A stretch of 58,339 bases of DNA, from the IMG/VR virus record IMGVR_UViG_3300017700_000657, positions 1 through 58,339 of that record; one strand, written 5' to 3'. Within the stretch, counting starts at the first letter, position 1. Every line of letters starts with the position of its first letter. This document shows positions 20,205-27,354 of the stretch, piece by piece. Below the pieces are notes generated by a model, which was given only the letters and a program-made list of their open reading frames with translations, searched no databases and was not told where the DNA came from. This DNA is from a virus (Duplodnaviria; Caudoviricetes). The translations under genes and the position numbers were made by a program.

Positions 20205-20522
20205 TTAGCCTAGGACCAACCACCGCAACGACCACCGTTTGCGCAGTTCACGAAACAGCAGATCAAAACCGCAGGAGCGCGATTTGACGAACGATTGGCC
20301 GAACAGGCGCGGCTCAATGCCGTTGCGGCGATTGCCTTGGTGGATCGTTATGGCGTAGCTGATATTTTTTACGTGGTCTGTGACGCGGATCGTTTTGAGC
20401 AAAGTTCCGGCATCTGGAGCGCGGAGCGGTGGGCCGAGGAAGGCGCGGCGACATTGGCGGGATGCCTTTCGGCCGGCGCCTAGATTGGCAATGGCTCGAT
20501 CACTGTTGCCGTAAATTCTCAT
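20205..20522 (-). CDS. Hypothetical basic protein
   Basis: 105 aa ORF flanking the cassette array. Confidence 0.6.
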   Translation of the reverse strand: MRIYGNSDRAIANLGAGRKASRQCRRAFLGPPLRAPDAGTLLKTIRVTDHVKNISYAITIHQGNRRNGIEPRLFGQSFVKSRSCGFDLLFRELRKRWSLRWLVLG

Positions 20523-20526
20523 GGGA

Positions 20527-20880
20527 TTATGATATTATATTGTTCGGCGAAGAACGGAAGGGCGATCCGTCGAGGCGGTTTCGCGTGAGGTAGTCCGCCG
20601 CGTGATAGGCCATTGCGTTCGTGCGGTCCTGCTTGCGGAGCGCGATAATCATTCGCTTCACCAGCGCGATCAGGTCATCGGCTTGGGTTGCAGCGTCGCG
20701 CAGGCCGAGAATGAATCGCTTCGTCTCGCGTTCACCCTCGTCATCGAGTGCGCCGAGAGCGTCGAGCATTTCTTCTGCGTGGTCAGCTTCGGCGCGGAGC
20801 CAAGCCGCCGAACCAAGCGCTACAGCACAACGCGGCGATCCGTCCTCGCTCGCGGGTTTTGTGGTGGATTCGTTACTCAT
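20527..20880 (-). CDS. Cassette gene, hypothetical protein
   Basis: Starts inside attC 20807-20918; ends SPNNIIS across the entry site. Confidence 0.7.
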   Translation of the reverse strand: MSNESTTKPASEDGSPRCAVALGSAAWLRAEADHAEEMLDALGALDDEGERETKRFILGLRDAATQADDLIALVKRMIIALRKQDRTNAMAYHAADYLTRNRLDGSPFRSSPNNIIS

Positions 20881-20918
20881 TGGAAGTTTGCGCCGCGTGG
20901 CTGACCTTGGTGTTCTCT
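20807..20918 (+). other. attC-like recombination site
   Basis: GCCGAAC-CAAGCGC-TACAGCACAACGCGGCG...CGCCGCGTGGCTGA-CCTTGGT-GTTCTCT. Confidence 0.8.
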
Positions 20919-21256
20919 TCCGGCTGGCGCGATTTCGACTGTGCTATCAGTCGGCCAAGCTGTGCTGCGCATTGCGATTGCACGTCGCCAGCCTGCGAGC
21001 ATACAGCGGCGAGCGCGTGCCTTTCTTTGAGGCGAGCGGATTCGGCCCTCTCGCGCCACCACTCGGCCTTGCGGCTCCATTCACGTTCCAGCGCCTCGGC
21101 TTCCACGACAGGAAGAGAACCAGTCGCTACAGCAGCAACGACCTTGGCTCGGCCTGCGGGTTCGGGCGGGGCGAGTTCGCGCGTGGCTTCCTCACGTCCT
21201 GCCTTTCGACCGCGTTTGTATGCTTCTTCAATGAGTATCTCGGCGTTGGTTTTCAT
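20873..21256 (-). CDS. Cassette gene, hypothetical protein (MKTNAEILIEE...)
   Basis: ATG inside attC 21114-21301; ATGA overlap with the upstream ORF. Confidence 0.65.
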   Translation of the reverse strand: MKTNAEILIEEAYKRGRKAGREEATRELAPPEPAGRAKVVAAVATGSLPVVEAEALEREWSRKAEWWRERAESARLKERHALAAVCSQAGDVQSQCAAQLGRLIAQSKSRQPEENTKVSHAAQTSNE

Positions 21257-21301
21257 GCGTCTTTTCTCCGTTCTCGGTCGTGGCTGATCTCCGCGTTCGA
21301 C
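21114..21301 (+). other. attC-like recombination site
   Basis: AGAGAAC-CAGTCGC-TACAGCAGCAACGACC...GGTCGTGGCTGA-TCTCCGC-GTTCGAC. Confidence 0.72.
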
Positions 21302-22446
21302 GGCGCGGCGAAAAACGCTCGGGCAAATTCCATCCTTTTGTGCAGCGCAGCCGAGGGGTTTCCCGCAGCAAATTGCCAAGCTCGCGCCGTATCTACCTCG
21401 CCAAGCAATCGCACCGTGTCTTCGGCTTTTTCTGCACGCTTTGAGCACTCCACAAGACTGTCCTTGATCTGCTCGATCTCTCGGGCGCGCACTTCGAGCT
21501 TGTATTCCATGCGCCCAATAGTCGCGCGATACGCCTCGATTTCGTCCGAGTGTTTTGAGATTTCGATGCAGGCATCGCGGTATTTTGCCGCCCAATCGCT
21601 TTCGTCGAGCCGCTTGTCGGCTTCGCAGGCGTAGTCCTTGAGCGCGGCGCAGATTGCTTCGTGCTGCTGATGCGTCGGGGTTTCTTGCAGCTTGGCCCAT
21701 AGGGTGGAGGCTGCGTCTCTAGCGTCTTTGTCGTATTTGGTTTTCATTCGGAAGAATAGTTTTCGGGTATCAGTGGCGCGCCTTTCGAACGAAGAGAATT
21801 GCGCACAGCACTGTTCCGCGAATTCGACCGAGAACCAGTCATCCGCGCGGAGTTTCCCTTCCATGTCCACCCACCATCCGGGGCGGGCGATTCGGCTGAT
21901 CGTTTGCAGTTCAGCGGCGAGATTATCCGGGCCGAGTCCGCCAGCGAATCCGACCACTTTCGCGGTGTTGGGATGCTGCCACGATTCGGGAGAGATTCCC
22001 CGGCCTCCGCTGCCGTCCACCAGCAGGACATGGTTTTCCGCATCGACCGCCATCAGGTAGCGATTCTGCGGCATGTGCTGGGTGATGATCGTGTGGCTCG
22101 GATAGAGGCGGCAGAGATGCCGCACGTCGGGGATTTCGAGCAGGCCGTTGACCTGGATGCGCTGGAATCCACTGACAGGCAGGCTGCCTTCCATCAGCTT
22201 CGCCCGCGCTCCGCGTCCGCAGACATGCAGTGATGCGCGGCGGAGTTCGAGCGACGTTTCCCGAATCCATTCCCATCGCGGGTATCGGTTCCGGCCTTCT
22301 GGCGTTTCCGTGTAGAGCAGCCCGATTTCGGCATCCAGTTTCGCCAGTGCTGATACGTCCGTCCGCTCATCCGCGCCTGTCACAGTCAAGAACGGTGAAC
22401 AAGTGCCTGATCCCAACGGGGACCGCTCTGTTGTCGAAGTTTTCAT
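21253..22446 (-). CDS. PRAI (TrpF)-like TIM-barrel protein fused in frame to a coiled-coil protein (second start at 21747)
   Basis: VTGAD, LVDGSGGRG, VGFAGGLGPDN and WVDMEGKLR motifs; the distal 164 aa look unrelated. Confidence 0.7.
   Translation of the reverse strand: MKTSTTERSPLGSGTCSPFLTVTGADERTDVSALAKLDAEIGLLYTETPEGRNRYPRWEWIRETSLELRRASLHVCGRGARAKLMEGSLPVSGFQRIQVNGLLEIPDVRHLCRLYPSHTIITQHMPQNRYLMAVDAENHVLLVDGSGGRGISPESWQHPNTAKVVGFAGGLGPDNLAAELQTISRIARPGWWVDMEGKLRADDWFSVEFAEQCCAQFSSFERRATDTRKLFFRMKTKYDKDARDAASTLWAKLQETPTHQQHEAICAALKDYACEADKRLDESDWAAKYRDACIEISKHSDEIEAYRATIGRMEYKLEVRAREIEQIKDSLVECSKRAEKAEDTVRLLGEVDTARAWQFAAGNPSAALHKRMEFARAFFAAPSNAEISHDRERRKDA
21784..21819 (+). other. Collapsed attC remnant
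   Basis: TTCGAAC...GTTCCGC only 36 bp long; CGCGCCTTTCGAAC is near-complementary to cassette start GTTCGACGGCGCG at 21295. Confidence 0.45.
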
Positions 22447-22513
22447 TTTGATAGGTAGCTGTGTGAGTATTCAACGCTCGCTCTCGTCCCCGTGGGATAG
22501 GCTGGCGTTAGAG
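22394..22513 (+). other. attC-like recombination site
   Basis: GGTGAAC-AAGT-GCCT(G)ATCCCA(A)CGGGGAC...GTCCCCGTGGGATAGGC-TGGC-GTTAGAG; two extrahelical bases on the left arm. Confidence 0.85.
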
Positions 22514-22915
22514 TGCCCTGATTTTGCCATGCAGTCGCGCCCGCACAGACCCGCAGGCGAGCATCATTTCCGGGTAGTCGAGCTTGTAGATTGGCGCGAT
22601 TTTGTAGAGCGCCCACGCTGCCGGGTTGCGGACGTTCCCAGCTTCGAGTTGCTCGATGTAGCGCGCTTCGACGCCGCTTTTGTTTGCCACTTCGGCCGGC
22701 GTGAGTCCGGTGAGTTCACGCGCAACGCGCATCACGGTTGCAAACGTGAGCCCCGAGTCTTCGAGGGGCACCCTAACCCCGGCATCACAGCCAACGCGCC
22801 TGACTGAGCCTGCGAATGCGGACAGGGCGCGTCCGCTCGCTGCCTTTTCGGCGTCGGTTTGGTCTTGGAGTGCGGAGTCCAATTTGCGGAGGTCGCTGAG
22901 GATTTGATGTCTCAT
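22508..22915 (-). CDS. Cassette gene, XRE-family HTH regulator
   Basis: ARELTGLTPAEVANKSGVEARYIEQLEAG...NP; stop is the TAA of TAAC. Confidence 0.8.
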   Translation of the reverse strand: MRHQILSDLRKLDSALQDQTDAEKAASGRALSAFAGSVRRVGCDAGVRVPLEDSGLTFATVMRVARELTGLTPAEVANKSGVEARYIEQLEAGNVRNPAAWALYKIAPIYKLDYPEMMLACGSVRARLHGKIRAL

Positions 22916-22963
22916 GGGTTTGCTTCTGCGCTCTGGGCGCGTTGCTGACTGCCAATGTTCGCC
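22771..22963 (+). other. attC-like recombination site
   Basis: CCCTAAC-CCCGGCA-TCACAGCCAACGCGCC...GGCGCGTTGCTGA-CTGCCAAT-GTTCGCC. Confidence 0.75.
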
Positions 22964-23241
22964 CAATCAAGTGAGCGCGTCTCAGTTCCACACCAAGGGC
23001 AGAAATTCACGGCGGGAAGTTCGCACCCAAAACGGATCGAACTTGGATCATCTCCGTATGCGCTGGCGAGCTTTCCGTAAGCCTCATTGTCTGTTCCCGA
23101 TGTGAAGGCGAGCGCCATATCAGAACAGCACACTTGTCTAGGTTCGTATTTGCCGCGCACCCAAACTCGGGCGAACAATGGCGTTGCAGGGTCAACCGCC
23201 TGGGCGGTCTGGTCTTCGATGGTTTCTGGCTTCGGTTTCAT
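22912..23241 (-). CDS. Cassette gene, small Cys-rich (zinc-ribbon-like) protein
   Basis: CC...FCPWCG motif; starts inside attC 23170-23302. Confidence 0.7.
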   Translation of the reverse strand: MKPKPETIEDQTAQAVDPATPLFARVWVRGKYEPRQVCCSDMALAFTSGTDNEAYGKLASAYGDDPSSIRFGCELPAVNFCPWCGTETRSLDWANIGSQQRAQSAEANP

Positions 23242-23302
23242 CTTTTGGTTTTCAGAGTTGATTGGTTTCTAGTCGGCGGTGCCCTGAACTTTGGCGTTGG
23301 GC
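23170..23302 (+). other. attC-like recombination site
   Basis: GGCGAAC-AATGGCG-TT(G)CAGGGTCAACCGCC...GGCGGTGCCCTGAA-CTTTGGC-GTTGGGC; R' fits GTTRRRY. Confidence 0.85.
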
Positions 23303-23767
23303 CGAATGTAGTTGGCTTGGATTAGTTAGATACCGTTCAATGACGGCTTTCGCGTCCTCGGTGCTGCGGCACACCATTGCGGCATAACCCTGCTCTGATG
23401 CGTAGGAAATGAAAGCGTTCTGCTCATCCCTGACGCGCCCCGTCGCTGTCTTCATTTCGACGTAAAGACCATGCCAGTGCCCGCGCGGGACGCTCAGAAA
23501 CAAATCAGGAACTCCGGGCCTTAATCCCTCGCGCTTCAAAAATACCATCGCCAGTGGGTCGCGCCGACCGCCGTTCGGAATTGAAAACAGCAGGCGCTCG
23601 GGAATGCCGTAGGATTTGCACGCAACAGCCCACCACTTAATGAGTGCGCACTGCATGGCGCTTTCCTCGTTGCCGTGCTTTTTCTTGGGAGGCGGGACCG
23701 GCACGTTCTCGCCGGTCATGGCGTTGGATGCGATGATAAGCTCGCGGACTGTGACGTAGCGGGGCAT
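23252..23767 (-). CDS. VRR-NUC domain nuclease
   Basis: IPNGGRR, GVPDL, LYVEMKT...GR...Q motifs. Confidence 0.9.
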   Translation of the reverse strand: MPRYVTVRELIIASNAMTGENVPVPPPKKKHGNEESAMQCALIKWWAVACKSYGIPERLLFSIPNGGRRDPLAMVFLKREGLRPGVPDLFLSVPRGHWHGLYVEMKTATGRVRDEQNAFISYASEQGYAAMVCRSTEDAKAVIERYLTNPSQLHSAQRQSSGHRRLETNQL

Positions 23768-23772
23768 GGCGG

Positions 23773-24996
23773 TTATTGGCTGAACTGGACCAGATTACGG
23801 ACGCCCTGCGTGGCCAGCGGCGCAAACGTGCTGTCGAAAATACTGGCCGCGCTGACGCCAGCCTTGCTCGTTTTCGGCACGCCCATACTGCGGGCAATCT
23901 CATCCTTCAGTGCCGTCATACTCGGTTTCGTGACGCGGGCAATCTGCTCGTCCGCTGGCAGCAGTTCGCGCATGGCACGGAAGAACGCCTGCGGGTCGTT
24001 TACGCTCCATGCGCCCCGTTGCGTCACCCGTGTAATCACGGTGCCGTCTGCGGCCACCAGTTGCGGGCTGCGGTCAAGCCGGTCGTTTAGCATGGCCTTG
24101 GCGTCCTCGGTGGGCTTGGCCAGTTCCTTGGCGCCAATGATGAACTCCGCCAGCGTGGCGTCGTCGGGCTGGGCTTTAAGCGAGGCCAGCGATTCCTCTG
24201 TCATGGTCAGTCTCATAAGTTTTTGTTTGGCGCGGATCGCGGGGCATGAGCAGCCCACGCAGAAGCGACAGCCTTTGATGGTGGTGTTGAGTTCAAGCGG
24301 CCGACTGATGGCGTCGGTGATTTTACCTGCCAGCGTGGCAACCGCGGCATCGAGGTCAGTGATCGTGACGCACGATACGCGAGGATGGCCCTCGTTTACG
24401 CTGTCGCCGTCCTCGTCGTTACGCGGCTGCACGATATAAAAAGTCACGCTTTGCAGGCTGGGGTAAGCCCGCTTCAGAAGCACGCAGTATCCCAGAATCT
24501 GCCAGTTACTATCTGCGCAGTCCACTGGGTCGTAGCCGGTCTTCAAGTCCCATCCGATGGCGTGCGTGGCGTCTGGCGACAGGGCGAGGCAGTCGATGTG
24601 GCCGGATAGCGTGAAGCCGTTGTAGGGCTTGGTGCCAACCATTGGCCTGCCATTGAACCACTCAACGGTTTCAATTTTGCAAGGCGTGTCGGCGGTGAAC
24701 TCGTAGGCTAGCGCGGCTTCGCACTCCAATGAGTAGGATGCGGGCGTGCTCTCCATGACATGGCGCACGTAATAGTCACTGATCCATGTGCTGTGAGGAA
24801 ACGGGCCGCGAGGCTGCGGACCAATGTCACCGACCGCGCCCATCTCGGTCTTGATGCGCTGGGCGCTGATCCAGTGGCACCACGTCCCTTCGTCCCCATC
24901 ATCGCCATAGCGGGGTGCCACGATAGCGTTGACGGTGAGCGAGCCGGGGCAGGAGAGCACACGGTCGAGGCTGGAGCAGCGAATGGTCGGGATCAT
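23773..24996 (-). CDS. PD-(D/E)XK exonuclease (Cas4/RecB-like; likely RecT partner)
   Basis: SSLDRVLSCPGS, GTxxH, GHID, DLKTG, QxxxY, CRFCxxxxCP. Confidence 0.85.
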   Translation of the reverse strand: MIPTIRCSSLDRVLSCPGSLTVNAIVAPRYGDDGDEGTWCHWISAQRIKTEMGAVGDIGPQPRGPFPHSTWISDYYVRHVMESTPASYSLECEAALAYEFTADTPCKIETVEWFNGRPMVGTKPYNGFTLSGHIDCLALSPDATHAIGWDLKTGYDPVDCADSNWQILGYCVLLKRAYPSLQSVTFYIVQPRNDEDGDSVNEGHPRVSCVTITDLDAAVATLAGKITDAISRPLELNTTIKGCRFCVGCSCPAIRAKQKLMRLTMTEESLASLKAQPDDATLAEFIIGAKELAKPTEDAKAMLNDRLDRSPQLVAADGTVITRVTQRGAWSVNDPQAFFRAMRELLPADEQIARVTKPSMTALKDEIARSMGVPKTSKAGVSAASIFDSTFAPLATQGVRNLVQFSQ

Positions 24997-24997
24997 G

Positions 24998-25636
24998 TTA
25001 ATTATCAAACCAAAACACGAAACGAACATCCTCTGGTGCGGCCTTATGCAGCGCCATGCATATGGCTTTCCAGAACGACCCAGCGCACTGGTGATAGTAA
25101 CGCACCCACTCAACTTCGCAGTGCATTCCCTTGGTGTCGGAGCCAGCCGCAATCGCAGCCTCCATCTCGGAATGTGTGACTTTTCTCACTGCGCTTCCGA
25201 ATACTGCACCGCACCAAGACTCAGGTGCGCCACGGCGTTTCCAGTTATCAAAATTACGCGCGTCCACCAATCCGCTCAGTGTTGTCTTCTGATTCCAGTC
25301 GTAGTCCAGAACTTCGCGCAGCGTGAGCCACGAATGCGAGTGACCATCGCGTTGCCAATACTTGGCTTCGGCGCGCACTTGCTCGGAAATGTCATCTGGC
25401 AAGCCCTTCGGTTGCGCGATAGGGTTGAATCCGGCGCCGGTATTTACTCCGGCAAAACCGCGTCCGTTGCGCACGTCCGCAAGGATCGCGAACAAGTTGT
25501 AGTTGCGGTCATAGTAAGCCATGTCGTCGTAGGCGACCGAGGCGCGGCCTTCCTTGTATTTGTCGGACCAGACATCAGCGGACTTCCACTGACCGTCGAT
25601 TTTTTGCTCTTGGTATAGGTGAATGTCGCAGCCCAT
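24998..25636 (-). CDS. Hypothetical phage protein (MGCDIH...RFVFWFDN type)
   Basis: RNYNLFAILADVRN and HSHSWLT motifs of a recurrent phage family. Confidence 0.8.
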   Translation of the reverse strand: MGCDIHLYQEQKIDGQWKSADVWSDKYKEGRASVAYDDMAYYDRNYNLFAILADVRNGRGFAGVNTGAGFNPIAQPKGLPDDISEQVRAEAKYWQRDGHSHSWLTLREVLDYDWNQKTTLSGLVDARNFDNWKRRGAPESWCGAVFGSAVRKVTHSEMEAAIAAGSDTKGMHCEVEWVRYYHQCAGSFWKAICMALHKAAPEDVRFVFWFDN

Positions 25637-26490
25637 TAGAAAGTCCTCCCCGTGCTAACCGCAGTTTCCTCAACCTCAAACGCACAGCCCGGCACCTCGG
25701 GAATCGGCATTCCTTTCTTCCAGCCCGTGCAGTAAGTGGCGTTAATGGCCTTCTCGTTCGCCGTTCTGACAACAAACACGTCGGGCACCTTCGCCACGTC
25801 CACAACGCGCAGCACCAGCCTCGTCCTCATCGTTATGCCAATTGGCTTAGCCACAGGCGCAGGCGCCGCATACCGCACCGCCTCAATTTTCAGCTCCGTC
25901 TCCGTCTTCTGTGGCGCCGGCACATCATCAGGGCAGTCATCTTCCACGTCCAGCATCTCCACCGGAGGCGGCAAGTTGGCGATGCGCGCCGCTTCCGCAG
26001 TCCGGTCGCGCTCTGCCTGCGCCAACGCCGCCTGTCTGGCCAGCGCTGCGGCCTTTTCTTGTGCGGCACGCTCCTCGGCAAGCCTTAGCTGTTCTAAGCG
26101 GCGCAATTCGGCTTGGCGGGCCGCTTCCGCGACCGCTGCAAGGCGTGCCTGCTCAACCGCAAAGTCGGTCAGTGCCTTTTTGATTACGGCCTTGGCGGTG
26201 TCGATGCGCAGCGTCACGGGACGCGCCGCAGCGTCGATGTCGCGGCACTTGTCCAGAAACGGCTGTTTGATTTTGATGCGCTCCTTTTCCAACGCGCCGC
26301 CTGCGGAGGTCAGCCGAATTTGCAGATCGGCGGCTACTTGCTGTGTGGCAGCGTCGGTTATTTTAAGCGCGGCGACTTGGCCTTCTACGGTGGCGAGCGT
26401 GGACAGGAATGCGCGGTCGGCCAGGACCAGCGGGAGCGCGGGTGTGATAGCCGGCAGGACCAGCTCTAAGTGCGTGGGTTCGGTGCTCAT
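25636..26490 (-). CDS. Coiled-coil protein of the recombination module (Gp157/Gam-like)
   Basis: Long coiled coil; C-terminal VPDVFV...IPEVPG. Confidence 0.65.
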   Translation of the reverse strand: MSTEPTHLELVLPAITPALPLVLADRAFLSTLATVEGQVAALKITDAATQQVAADLQIRLTSAGGALEKERIKIKQPFLDKCRDIDAAARPVTLRIDTAKAVIKKALTDFAVEQARLAAVAEAARQAELRRLEQLRLAEERAAQEKAAALARQAALAQAERDRTAEAARIANLPPPVEMLDVEDDCPDDVPAPQKTETELKIEAVRYAAPAPVAKPIGITMRTRLVLRVVDVAKVPDVFVVRTANEKAINATYCTGWKKGMPIPEVPGCAFEVEETAVSTGRTF

Positions 26491-27116
26491 GCTAGTGACT
26501 TTGGAACTTCATCCTTTTCGATGGTTTTCTTGAATCCGATGCCTGCGGCTATGTGGAAGCAGACGATGCCTTCAGGCTTCATAAAGCCTGGAGATGCGAG
26601 ACTTCCGCCCGCAGCGAGCGATGCCAGTGCAAGCTCACACTGAGCGGTCTCAAACAACCCGCGATACAATACCGGCACTAATCCGCAGCACGCCGGAAGG
26701 CACTCTTGAAATTTCTCCACGCCCTGCGGCGATTTGGAAATCAGGCGCGGGGCTTCATTGTGCAGACGCCAGCGAATCACATTGAACAGGCTGAATCGCT
26801 TCTCGGTCACGCCGTAGCGACGCTGAATGCCCGCACCCCACCATTCGCCGAAATGACGACCGGGGCCGAGCTTCAGCAGTTCGTCGCGATGGTCGTTAGC
26901 CCAGCGAGCAAACCCGAAGTTGTCGTCTTTCGGCGTGATCCACCGGGATCGAGAGCCGGTCAAGAACGTGCCGTCGTCGCCGATGTAGATGCAGGCGTTG
27001 CTGCCGTCGATTTTTTCGGTTATAACGCACTCGCGGGACAAGCGCGCCATCTTAGGAAATTCCTCAAAAGTATGGACCGAGGTCGTGGCAATTGGTTCTG
27101 GTGTAGGTTCAGGCAT
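26487..27116 (-). CDS. RNA ligase (Rnl2-like nucleotidyltransferase)
   Basis: TEKIDGSN (motif I), GEWWGxGIQ, LFN and PEGIV motifs. Confidence 0.85.
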   Translation of the reverse strand: MPEPTPEPIATTSVHTFEEFPKMARLSRECVITEKIDGSNACIYIGDDGTFLTGSRSRWITPKDDNFGFARWANDHRDELLKLGPGRHFGEWWGAGIQRRYGVTEKRFSLFNVIRWRLHNEAPRLISKSPQGVEKFQECLPACCGLVPVLYRGLFETAQCELALASLAAGGSLASPGFMKPEGIVCFHIAAGIGFKKTIEKDEVPKSLA

Positions 27117-27339
27117 GGCGGGGTGTTGGTGCAGACATCAGCGCCGCGTTAATCTTCTCCGCCACCACGCTCGCGTATTCGGTGACATCGTAGGTGTCGC
27201 CGCCGCGAAGCGTGATGCAGGAGCGGTTTTCAGTGCTGCGTTCGCCAGTGATGTCATTGATGGACATGACATCACTCGGGTTTACGTAGAGGTCCACGTA
27301 GCCGTGATGAGGGCGGCGGTCTTGGATTAGGCGGATCAT
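27109..27339 (-). CDS. Hypothetical protein
   Basis: 76 aa ORF in the operon. Confidence 0.65.
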   Translation of the reverse strand: MIRLIQDRRPHHGYVDLYVNPSDVMSINDITGERSTENRSCITLRGGDTYDVTEYASVVAEKINAALMSAPTPRHA

Positions 27340-27354
27340 GGTGTTAATTGTGGC

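Larger units (their letters stand above)
20542..23302 (+). mobile_element. Integron-like cassette array 1 (six cassettes; ORFs antisense to attC; no integrase)
   Basis: Predicted G|TT crossovers at 20542, 20912, 21295, 21813, 22507, 22957 and 23296; cassette starts complementary to their own R'' boxes. Confidence 0.8.

Noticed and set aside
20621-21634. Long plus-strand ORFs over the cassette array as the real cassette genes
   Set aside because: They read as Ser/Arg-rich shadow frames that ignore cassette boundaries, while the minus-strand ORFs carry recognisable domains and coupled starts.
20542-23302. Hairpins as terminators, REP elements or CRISPR repeats
   Set aside because: They lack U-tracts, are translated through, differ in sequence while sharing AAC/GTT ends and bulge pattern, and show cassette-end complementarity.
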